From: an uncultured bacterium
Lineage (GTDB): Bacteria > Patescibacteriota > Minisyncoccia > Phycocordibacterales > Phycocordibacteraceae
Reading direction: 5' to 3'
DNA: 36,867 bases
Assembly: GCA_963759775.1 (NCBI GenBank)
Contig: CAVXAH010000002.1
Span: 1-36,867, forward strand
Numbering within the stretch: position 1 is the stretch's first letter; each line of letters opens with the position of its first letter. The position numbers and the translations under genes were made by a program. The notes under the pieces are model-generated. The model worked only from the letters and a program-made list of their open reading frames with translations, searched no databases and was not told the DNA's origin. Positions 9,510 through 17,386 of this stretch are shown piece by piece.

Positions 9510-9806
9510 ATGTCAGTCCTGAATTCATTTCTTGGAAAAGTAGTTGAGCAAATAGTGAACCCACTTATCCTGCTTCTCTCCGCGGCGGCATTCATCGTAT
9601 TTCTCTGGGGTATTTTTGTATTTATTAAAGATTCGGCAGACGAGAACAAAAGGGAAGAGGGTCGACACGCCATTATGTGGGGGCTTATGGGGCTTGTCAT
9701 TATCTTCGGTGCATATGGGATTATCAACCTTGCCCTCGGGACTTTTGGGAACGACTGTACGGTTGAGCAAATTAGTGCAGGACAGTGTGAAACGAGGCTA
9801 CCGTAG
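9510..9806 (+). CDS. TrbC/VirB2-like pilin
   Basis: AFIVFLWG..DSADENKREEGRHAIMWGLMG; C-terminal Cys pair. Confidence 0.8.
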   Translation: MSVLNSFLGKVVEQIVNPLILLLSAAAFIVFLWGIFVFIKDSADENKREEGRHAIMWGLMGLVIIFGAYGIINLALGTFGNDCTVEQISAGQCETRLP

Positions 9807-9835
9807 AGTCGTCTAACTTGGAAATAAAAAATAAA

Positions 9836-9861
9836 AAGCCGCGGTAGTAACACCGCGGCTT
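9836..9861 (-). terminator. Intrinsic terminator (likely bidirectional)
   Basis: AAGCCGCGGT/ACCGCGGCTT stem followed by a long T-run on the minus strand. Confidence 0.8.
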
Positions 9862-9874
9862 AAAGTTTTTGCAT

Positions 9875-10804
9875 TTACAGCACAGGACAGGGAGCAGGTG
9901 CCAGTAGGTACCGGAAAACGGCTTCGCCATTTTCCACTCTGACGCGATAGTACGCTTTCCCATCGCTATCATCTCTCTGTACGATGAAGCCAGAGTTGCT
10001 ACACATCCGAAGTCCCGAGATGTCTTCGCCAGGCACCGAACCAATCCTTTCGGATAGGGTCGTTTTGGCTACACATTCTCGGACGCCAGCTGCAGTTGCA
10101 TCTGGGCATTGCACCCGAGTGTTCATGACGGTACGCGACATCTTCACGACATCGGGCGCACGAAGCCAACCAACAAACGGTACGATGATGAACAAAATGA
10201 GCAACGCGCTCATAATGGCCATGCCGGCAGAGTCTTTGTGCCCCGTAAACGCGAATGCGGCGAAGACGAGCGCAAAGGCAAGCAGGATCGCAAACCAATA
10301 CCGATAGGTCAGCGTGCCCACTTCTGCCGCAGTTGGCGAAGGAATGGCGGTTGGCAGAAAGTTTGTTGCCGAACTCCAAAACCACCAAGTCAGACCAGCT
10401 GCAAACAACAAGAAGACAGCTCCTGCTGTCCATGCCCACGTTCGAGCTGCCGGTGCTGTTCCATGATGCCAGATCGTGTAGAGAATAACGCCAAGCCCAA
10501 CAATCCCAGCGATGATGCCCAAGACTGTCAGTAGTCCCCAAAAAACATTAATGGGTTCTAGAAGCCAAGGAACACCTCCGCCAAAAAGGATCAGTAGTAG
10601 CGGCGGGAGGCTGAGGCAGAGCAGAACTACATGTTTAGGATTCATTCCTTTTACCTCCTTGCGATACCAACTCGACATTTTCATGTCAATTGCTTTGAAG
10701 GTTGAAACCCCAAAGCGCTTCGCATCTTTCCCTTTGGTGCCGAGCTTCGTGAGAAGCTCGGCACCTCGGTTTCGGATGCTTTCCCACTTCATCCACATTT
10801 TCAT
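9875..10804 (-). CDS. Hypothetical multi-pass membrane protein with a C-terminal Cys-containing domain
   Basis: About 5 hydrophobic segments; GAGGAG SD; 15 nt downstream of the SPFH gene. Confidence 0.7.
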   Translation of the reverse strand: MKMWMKWESIRNRGAELLTKLGTKGKDAKRFGVSTFKAIDMKMSSWYRKEVKGMNPKHVVLLCLSLPPLLLILFGGGVPWLLEPINVFWGLLTVLGIIAGIVGLGVILYTIWHHGTAPAARTWAWTAGAVFLLFAAGLTWWFWSSATNFLPTAIPSPTAAEVGTLTYRYWFAILLAFALVFAAFAFTGHKDSAGMAIMSALLILFIIVPFVGWLRAPDVVKMSRTVMNTRVQCPDATAAGVRECVAKTTLSERIGSVPGEDISGLRMCSNSGFIVQRDDSDGKAYYRVRVENGEAVFRYLLAPAPCPVL

Positions 10805-10819
10805 CAGGCTCTCCTCGCG

Positions 10820-11989
10820 TTAGACCGTTTTTGCAAGTCGATCGACTAGACCGACGAGTTTGTCTGGTATAACGACCGTAGTTCCGCCCTTCTCTCCGGT
10901 TCTCTCGAGTGCTTCGAGTCGCCGGATTTCCATGCGTTTTTCCTGATCGTTTCCCGCGATAGATCCGTAGACGATGTCGATGCGCTTTTTTTCAGCTTCG
11001 GCGCGGATTCGGATTGCTTCCGCTTCCCCAACAGCTTTCGCTGCTTCGGCCTTACCGGTTTGGGTTTCCACATAGATTTTAGTAGTTGCTTCTTCAAAGT
11101 CTTTTACGACTTTGTCGTCTGCGAAACCAAATCGATGTATTTTCGCCGCGTCAACCGTGACGCCGTAGGCTTCTTTCAAATCCACGCTTCCTCCAATATC
11201 GCCTGCGGTACCATCGCCCAAGGCCTTGATGAGTGCCTCAAGCGTGTAGGACTTCTTCTCCCCCTCACTACCGTCGGGGTTGCGTATCGCAAGCATTGCC
11301 GGCGTGCTACTTGTTATTTCATCGTACTCGAGCGAACCAGCATAGCGAATGACCATTTGACTCATCGCTGCCGACGTTCGCTGAAGCCAATCTTCTCCGG
11401 AAAACAACGCTTTGTAGGGATTGGTGATCCGGATAGTGACCACGAGGACGAACTTGAGTGGAACACCGCTTTTCGTCTTAACGTCAAGGAAGGTGAAGTA
11501 GTAGTTGAAAGCATTAATGTAGATGAAGCGGGTTCGCCCCTCATCACCGTCGTCCGTTGTCGGATTCTTTTTTGTTGCTCGACGTGTGATAGGAACGACA
11601 TTGCCGCTGTCGTCCTGCTTTCCTTCCGTCCAACTGAAGTCGTAACTATAGATCTTGAACCATGGCCAAATACCGACCCAGTAGATGCCAAAAGGCTCCA
11701 TCCAATTGAGCGGATTGAAGTAATTCAGCAAAGGTTTCGCCCCATCGTTCTCGATGATCTCATAGTTATCGAATGGATCTTCTGAGCTTTCGCCACCTTT
11801 TGCGCGATGACCTTTCCAGGCGACGATCATCTCATGAACAGTATTACCCCGCATGACAAACTCCGCCGTTCCTTCAAGGGGAGCGGTGAAATACGTCTTC
11901 GCTTGCGCAATAAAGTGCACAAGCAGTGCAAGCCCGACGAGACCAACGACGTAGATGCCGATTGATACTCCAAGTTCGAATCCAGACAT
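10820..11989 (-). CDS. SPFH/Band-7 (stomatin/prohibitin-like) domain protein
   Basis: N-terminal TM; DVKTKSGVPLKFVLVVTIRITNPYKAL..DW..R resembles the SPFH core; AEA-rich coil AVGEAEAIRIRAEAE; GAGGT SD before ATG 11989. Confidence 0.7.
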   Translation of the reverse strand: MSGFELGVSIGIYVVGLVGLALLVHFIAQAKTYFTAPLEGTAEFVMRGNTVHEMIVAWKGHRAKGGESSEDPFDNYEIIENDGAKPLLNYFNPLNWMEPFGIYWVGIWPWFKIYSYDFSWTEGKQDDSGNVVPITRRATKKNPTTDDGDEGRTRFIYINAFNYYFTFLDVKTKSGVPLKFVLVVTIRITNPYKALFSGEDWLQRTSAAMSQMVIRYAGSLEYDEITSSTPAMLAIRNPDGSEGEKKSYTLEALIKALGDGTAGDIGGSVDLKEAYGVTVDAAKIHRFGFADDKVVKDFEEATTKIYVETQTGKAEAAKAVGEAEAIRIRAEAEKKRIDIVYGSIAGNDQEKRMEIRRLEALERTGEKGGTTVVIPDKLVGLVDRLAKTV

Positions 11990-12060
11990 GGCGTAATACC
12001 TCTCTATGTGATGTGTGTGAGTGTTTTGATTTGTACGTAAAGACCAAATCGCCACTAGCT

Positions 12061-12088
12061 ATAATACATAAAACCTAGTATATGTCAA
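12061..12088 (-). promoter_or_regulatory. sigma70-type promoter TTGACA-16-TATTAT
   Basis: Minus strand TTGACAtatactaggttttatgTATTAT upstream of the SPFH gene. Confidence 0.65.
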
Positions 12089-12124
12089 GCCTTTATAGGC
12101 TTTAGATACGGCGTTTTTGTTTTG

Positions 12125-12207
12125 TGCTGGGGAGAGGACTCGAACCTCCAATGGGTTGCCCCGTCAGCTCCTAAGGCTGATGCGTCTACCAATTTCGCCA
12201 CCCCAGC
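12125..12207 (-). tRNA. tRNA-Leu(TAG), CCA not encoded
   Basis: GCTGGGG acceptor stem, TCAGC-CTTAGGA-GCTGA anticodon arm, long variable arm, GTTCGAGTC. Confidence 0.95.
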
Positions 12208-12240
12208 AATATGCAAACTATAACAACCAATACCGTTTTG

Positions 12241-12313
12241 TGCGCCTACCTGGGCTCGAACCAGGGACCTTATCCTTAAGAGGGATCTGCTCTACCAACT
12301 GAGCTATAGGCGC
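12241..12313 (-). tRNA. tRNA-Lys(CTT), CCA not encoded
   Basis: GCGCCTA acceptor stem, AGCTCAGTTGGTAGAGC D-arm, anticodon loop CTCTTAA, GGTTCGAGCC. Confidence 0.95.
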
Positions 12314-12343
12314 AATGTTTCAAACTTTACACGATGACCGGTT

Positions 12344-13486
12344 TTATTCAACGACTCGCCGTAGGTGCGGAGGAACGTGTACAAGCACATCGTAGGGAAT
12401 GCGGCCAGTTTGAGTGGCAATAGAGCGCACGGAATTTATCGCGTTTGGGTCGCGACTTATGACGATGACCGTATCTCCGGGTTTCGTTTCTGGAATATCA
12501 GTAACATCAAGACTCGTCATGTTCATAGAAACGCGTCCGGCAATTGGCGCGGCTTTTCCACGAACCAACATGCTTCCCGTATTGGAAAGTCGGCGATCAA
12601 TACCCTCAAAATAGCCGGTGGGGAGCGTTGCGACCTTTGTGGGGCGTAGGGCGGTAAAGGTGGCGTTGTAGCCGACATGTTCACCAAGCGGCACATCGCG
12701 AACCGAGCTTACGATAGTTCTAAGTTCAAGAACAGGTTTAAGCGAGACCTTACTTTCTGGGGAAGTATCAAGACCGTAAAGTCCGATACCAAGACGCGCT
12801 ACGCGTGCACCCGTCTCATTTCCAAATCGCACTCCTTTGGTTGCGGCAAAATGTGTGTGAGTGATGTCGGGAAAGGCGGTGAGCACTTGTGGCGCCATCT
12901 CGTTCCACAACGCGCGCTGCCCGTCGGTAAGCGGAGAGATTTTAGAATCAGCATCTCCCATGTGCGAACAAAGTCCTACAATGCGTATGAAGGGGTGATG
13001 CTTGAACATGTGTATGACTTCCGCAAGATCACCCTTCGTTATGCCGTGGCGATGCATGCCGGTATCAAGTTTCAAGTGAAGCTCAATTGGTTTTCGAGCT
13101 CCTTTCGCAAGCGCACGCGCTTGTTCAATATCAACCAGAGTGAATGCGGTATTTTTGAGGCGGTTTCTTACAATGTCTTCAGGGCGCACATACCCCATCA
13201 CGAGAATGGGCGAGTGCACGTCGTAAGCACGAAGTTGTCGCGCTTCGTAATATGAATCAACGACAAAGAATGCGATTTTTTCATGGTCGAGAATAGTTGC
13301 GACCTCCGTAAGCCCATGCCCGTATGCATTGCTTTTCAATACGGGCGCAAAGGAAAGAGAAGGGAATTCGTGCTGGTATGTATGTAAGTTGTGAAGAAGG
13401 TTCTCGCGCGAGATAGACACCTCAACCAGAGGAACCGTGCGATCAAACGATTTTCGTAGCGCGCGTAAGTAAGAGAAAAGTTTCAT
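12344..13486 (-). CDS. alr: Alanine racemase
   Basis: VLKSNAYGHG PLP lysine motif, HLKLDTGMHRHG, VGYNATF, GRVSMN. Confidence 0.95.
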   Translation of the reverse strand: MKLFSYLRALRKSFDRTVPLVEVSISRENLLHNLHTYQHEFPSLSFAPVLKSNAYGHGLTEVATILDHEKIAFFVVDSYYEARQLRAYDVHSPILVMGYVRPEDIVRNRLKNTAFTLVDIEQARALAKGARKPIELHLKLDTGMHRHGITKGDLAEVIHMFKHHPFIRIVGLCSHMGDADSKISPLTDGQRALWNEMAPQVLTAFPDITHTHFAATKGVRFGNETGARVARLGIGLYGLDTSPESKVSLKPVLELRTIVSSVRDVPLGEHVGYNATFTALRPTKVATLPTGYFEGIDRRLSNTGSMLVRGKAAPIAGRVSMNMTSLDVTDIPETKPGDTVIVISRDPNAINSVRSIATQTGRIPYDVLVHVPPHLRRVVE

Positions 13487-13489
13487 TTT

Positions 13490-13645
13490 GGTACAGGTAT
13501 ATTACTCCGCTCGAACCTATTTTACCCGAAACCCGAACCCTTAACTCGCGCCTCGCAGACTCGGCGCTCGCCCGAGCCCTGTCCGCACTTTTCTTTTTTG
13601 TTTTTCGTGGGGGGGGGTGAATGCAATGCAAGTGGAGCGGCAGGG
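13490..13645 (+). repeat. attL element arm (arm A, 156 bp); exact inverted copy at 15920-16075
   Basis: Base-by-base reverse-complement match including the G9/C9 run. Confidence 0.95.
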
Positions 13646-13785
13646 CTCGGGGAACGGCTCAGTTTCTTCCCTAAATGGCTCACATGGGAAGAAATGAGCC
13701 GTTCCATGCAAATGCGTATTTGTGGTCTCTGGGCTGTTTTAGCCGCTTTGTGGAGTTGTCCGGTGCTCAGGCATCTCACCCCTCG

Positions 13786-14098
13786 GCATCCGCCTCGGGG
13801 CTGTTTCCGCTAGGGCTACGAACGCCTAGGTTCGTTAGTGCCGCCTTATCCTCGCACTCCCACACTGCTGTGTGGGAGCTCGGGGCGGCTCTTGTTTGGG
13901 GGAAGGAAGGAATCCTTCCCCCAGCTCGGGACTCCTCCTCGTGCCTTCGGAGTCCGCCCCTCGCACAACCCCCATCCACGTTTGCATGTTTAGAGTGTGT
14001 GGTGTCGCCTCCGCTTCAAACCCGTTTCTGCTAGCTGACCACGGCGTTCGTCCTTTCGCACTGGACGCTCCTAGCGGAAACAGCCCCGAGGCAAATGC
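13786..14098. other. Highly structured non-coding segment (candidate ssDNA origin or ncRNA)
   Basis: Perfect 23-bp closing stem (13792-13814/14070-14092), inner 9-bp stem (13818-13826/14043-14051), hairpins at 13857-13878 and 13898-13922. Confidence 0.6.
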
Positions 14099-14303
14099 AT
14101 AATGCTTGCCCCAGAGTTTGCGTGAGGACACGCAAACTCTTTCCCGCCCGTGCGCGCATGCACCGCCTGATGGCGGCTCCCTTTACAGAAAATACACAAA
14201 GAGCATACTTGGCAATGACTCCCTGGAATATGGGTACACCATCGTCGATTGATGGAAAACTGCCTGAACAAGGCGTCAAAATTACCAAACAGTTTCGAAG
14301 CAT

Positions 14304-14480
14304 ATGGAAAGCAAAGTAAAAGGCGTACTGCCTGCTCCAGCACACCTTGCTGAGTGTGTACGAGGTCTAGCAAATCTGACTTCGACAGTAAAACCGCTTA
14401 TTGAAATAACACACAGTACCGTCATTCCAGAAAAATCAGAAAAGCAAATTTCATCGGAATCTGGAAGATCTTCAATCTGA
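14304..14480 (+). CDS. Possible 58-aa small protein (MESKVKGVLPAPAHLAECVRGL...)
   Basis: Open frame followed by a terminator-like hairpin at about 14493-14530; no homology recognised. Confidence 0.3.
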   Translation: MESKVKGVLPAPAHLAECVRGLANLTSTVKPLIEITHSTVIPEKSEKQISSESGRSSI

Positions 14481-14574
14481 TCGCTAAAGAACAAACACAA
14501 AAGGCACCGATTGGTGTCTTTTATGTTTTATCAACTAACTTCTCACGTCTTATTCCGTTAAGGCGACTTAAAAT

Positions 14575-15881
14575 CTAGTAGTTCAAATTGAACACTCGGT
14601 TCGCATTCAGTATCCTACCCAAGTTATCGTACTTACCTATTTGTACGGCAGAGGGAATACCCATGTAACAATCTCTGTCTGGATCTAGTGCAACGCCTCC
14701 CGAATTACCGGCCTCAATTTTTGCAGAGGTTGTGTAGTAAGGATCAGCGTATCCCGAAACTATCCCTTGTGTTGCAGTTGGTTGAGTAAAATTACCTGCA
14801 TAATCAGGGTATCCGAGCACTATTACGTTATCGCCTGTACGCGCTTGTGTCTCACAAATCGACAGATTCTTTCCTGCAACGCTAGTAAAATACGTGCTGC
14901 CGTTTGCAACAGGCAAAACTCCCCAGTCATACTCGGGGTTTATTTTTGTGTCACTACCATTTACTACATACGTGTTATTTCCATCTCCAGGGATTCCAAC
15001 GGCACATTCTGTAGCACCATATCCAGCCATATCAGTAATAACGTGCCTGTTTGTTATAACTACTATTGATGAGTCGTTAGAAAACCTCGTGACAAAACCA
15101 GAGCCAAAACCAAAGCTTCTATCTGAAAACTGGCACACAATAAGCGCAACGCTAGGGCTCCATTTCTGAATAACTGCAGGGAGTCCATTTTTTTGAGGAG
15201 GGTTTGTACGATCTTTTTGCATTGCTGCGAGTTGCTTTTTCAGACTCTCAATTTCTGCTTGCGTAAAGTCTGAAGCGGAGTTGTCTTCAACTATTTGGTT
15301 TTGGTTCGAAGATGAGAAGATTAAGGAATTTAGAAAAGAGTCCTCCAATCGTTTATCTTCGTTTCCCAAATAAAAACTATAGCCAAGCTGGTATAAATCG
15401 CTGCCTTTTACAATATCCCTCCCAAGATAGCAAACCTGCGCGTCGTTATTACACATAAGATAATCGATCGCGGGTAAACCCTTATATTTGGTCGGATTTG
15501 AGGAAATCAATCCATTAAAGCCCGCAAAGTCTTCTTGACTTGATGTGTACAGCAATTCATTTTTCAAGTTTTCTTCAGGGGTCAATCTTCGAGTTTGAAA
15601 ACGCAGAGCTTACATAAGCAGCAGAGAGAACGTATTTGTTGTCAGGATCATCATAACGGTAATTGTAACGCAGTGACATTATTTCCTTTGCCAAGTTCTT
15701 GATCTCTGACTGAGAGAATTGGTTGTCCTGGGAAAAGCATAGAGAAGTCACCATGTTCCATGTAATGGCCTTCTTGTTTGTGAGGTAGAAGATAAACTCC
15801 AACTCCAGCCAATACCAACAACAAAACAATAACCACTGGGTTATTGAAGTAGTTCAGGTTATTTTCTTGATTTTTTGCCAT
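14575..15881 (-). pseudogene. Membrane-anchored trypsin-like serine protease, split by two +1 frameshifts
   Basis: ORFs 15651-15881 (TM anchor), 15575-15829 and 14575-15585 (TNRHV, DWGVL, AGNSGG triad) overlap in successive frames. Confidence 0.65.
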
Positions 15882-15919
15882 GAATTTTTCTTAAGCCCAT
15901 TATAACTCCTAAACCCTCA

Positions 15920-16161
15920 CCCTGCCGCTCCACTTGCATTGCATTCACCCCCCCCCACGAAAAACAAAAAAGAAAAGTGCGGACAGGGCTCGGGCGAGCG
16001 CCGAGTCTGCGAGGCGCGAGTTAAGGGTTCGGGTTTCGGGTAAAATAGGTTCGAGCGGAGTAATATACCTGTACCCAGACAGATACTGAATCGGAATTTC
16101 CGGAATTTTCCCGCGCGGCGGCTACCGCCGCGTATAGAGGGTGCGCCGTGCCGGAGACTTT
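15920..16161 (-). repeat. Internal inverted copy of the reconstituted attP (arm B + GGTAC + arm A)
   Basis: 16071-16161 is the reverse complement of 18758-18848 (1 mismatch); 15920-16075 is the reverse complement of 13490-13645; degenerate similarity continues to about 16237. Confidence 0.92.
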
Positions 16162-16455
16162 AGTTCGAGAATACAAATACAAGCCCGAAGATTTTTTGAA
16201 GAAAAGAGAAGCGAATTTTTTGGCGGGGAGAGAGGGGAGTACCAAGAAGCCCAGAATGCTCGTGGTGTGCTTGCCCCTCCCGCCCGTGCGCGCACCTACT
16301 CCTTCGCTGGCGGGTCTGAAACCAGCGAAGCTCCCTTTTTGTTTTCTGATATAATTTAGGAGATCTAATATGATTTCCAAGACGTCATTGATATCTAAAT
16401 CGTCGAAATTACTGCTTTGCGCGGAAATTTTTGTTGCGTTTTCGTTGACTACTAC

Positions 16456-16504
16456 ACTGGATGAAGCTAAAATGCCGTTGAACGGCATTTTAGCTTCATC
16501 CAGT
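16456..16504. repeat. Perfect 49-bp palindrome (24-bp arms, 1-nt centre)
   Basis: ACTGGATGAAGCTAAAATGCCGTT-G-AACGGCATTTTAGCTTCATCCAGT. Confidence 0.95.
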
Positions 16505-16594
16505 TCTCCATTCTGATTTAATGGCTTAAATTAAGGATAATATGATAGTTGGGGAAATCATTGATTTTTCAGGTAGAAATTGCTAGTGTAGACG

Positions 16595-16669
16595 TAACAA
16601 GGGAGCTAATTGGAAGTCTTGTAAATAAAGGAGCGTGTCCTAGGTCTAGGGCCCGCTCCTTTGTTTTTT
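16595..16669 (+). ncRNA. Candidate small RNA convergent with the DUF3800 gene
   Basis: Promoter TTGATT(16561)-17-TAGTGT with extended TG; hairpin ACAAG/CTTGT (16597-16622); terminator AAAGGAGCG/CGCTCCTTT plus T-run. Confidence 0.45.
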
Positions 16670-17342
16670 ACCAAATTTTGTGGAGATATTTTTTGTCTAT
16701 CACTTTTCTTAAATCTTTGTTCTTACCAGTGAAATAGTCCTTCATCGCTCCGCTCACCAAGTCAGATAGCTGCATCGCATTTACATACTCCGAATCTACA
16801 TGGGTAATGTGTTTTATTCGTTTTATCGTCTTTCTATTAACGCGGTCAAAAAGATACTGATCAAATGCCGTGAAATAATCACCGTTCCACATCCGACGAT
16901 CGGCGCGGTCAATTACAACCTCTGCGCCCAAGAGGTTTTGTTTCTGCGCCGTAAATAGAACTAATTTCGACAAATTATAGTCGTCAAAAATGTTGTGCAA
17001 CTGAGTGTGTCCAGAAACAGCAAATTTGCCCTTGTATGTAGTTTTGTCGACGAGTCGATAATAAATAGGAATTTCCAGCTTATTTATGATCGCCAAGAGA
17101 TCCATATACATTGGTAACGGAATAAGGGTTGATTTTATTTCGCTTCTAAAACCGTATTTATGGCGTATCTCCATAATCTCGTTTTCGAGCGCAAATAGCT
17201 TTGTTGAATCAAGATAGACCGCTGACAGTATGTAAAACAAACTTGCTCCAGTTGGAATTTTGTTTCCAGACGCGTCAATTTCAAATGGCTTGCCCGGATC
17301 ACCCGACTCATCTACAAAAATGTAATGCTGGATATTAGCCAT
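16668..17342 (-). CDS. DUF3800 domain protein (RNase H-like fold)
   Basis: N-terminal YIFVDESG and C-terminal VDS...MQLSDLVSG signatures. Confidence 0.8.
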   Translation of the reverse strand: MANIQHYIFVDESGDPGKPFEIDASGNKIPTGASLFYILSAVYLDSTKLFALENEIMEIRHKYGFRSEIKSTLIPLPMYMDLLAIINKLEIPIYYRLVDKTTYKGKFAVSGHTQLHNIFDDYNLSKLVLFTAQKQNLLGAEVVIDRADRRMWNGDYFTAFDQYLFDRVNRKTIKRIKHITHVDSEYVNAMQLSDLVSGAMKDYFTGKNKDLRKVIDKKYLHKIW

Positions 17343-17386
17343 AAGTTAGAGCGGGTTTTTGGTCACGTCGATATATAATACAACTT

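Noticed and set aside
7574-9806. CRISPR array or DGR-like repeats
   Set aside because: The repeated DNA is paralogous pilin coding sequence varying mainly at third positions; there are no regular spacers and no cas or reverse transcriptase gene.
13522-14373. Several overlapping 67-119 aa ORFs in the structured region
   Set aside because: GC-rich repeat-derived frames on both strands with no recognisable motifs or start signals.
13490-16161. Simple assembly or MDA inversion chimera as the explanation for the inverted repeats
   Set aside because: The internal copy joins two distant ends exactly at the crossover core, has a mismatch and has a diverged extension; a chimera would copy contiguous sequence exactly. 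Read-level confirmation is still needed.
16021-16488. 155-aa minus-strand ORF ending in the recombinase's attP-type tail
   Set aside because: It starts inside the palindrome, and the shared DNA between PSLPAKK and KVSG is read in a different frame (FKKSSG versus LQKIFG), so it is probably a by-product of the duplication. A tail peptide cannot be fully excluded.
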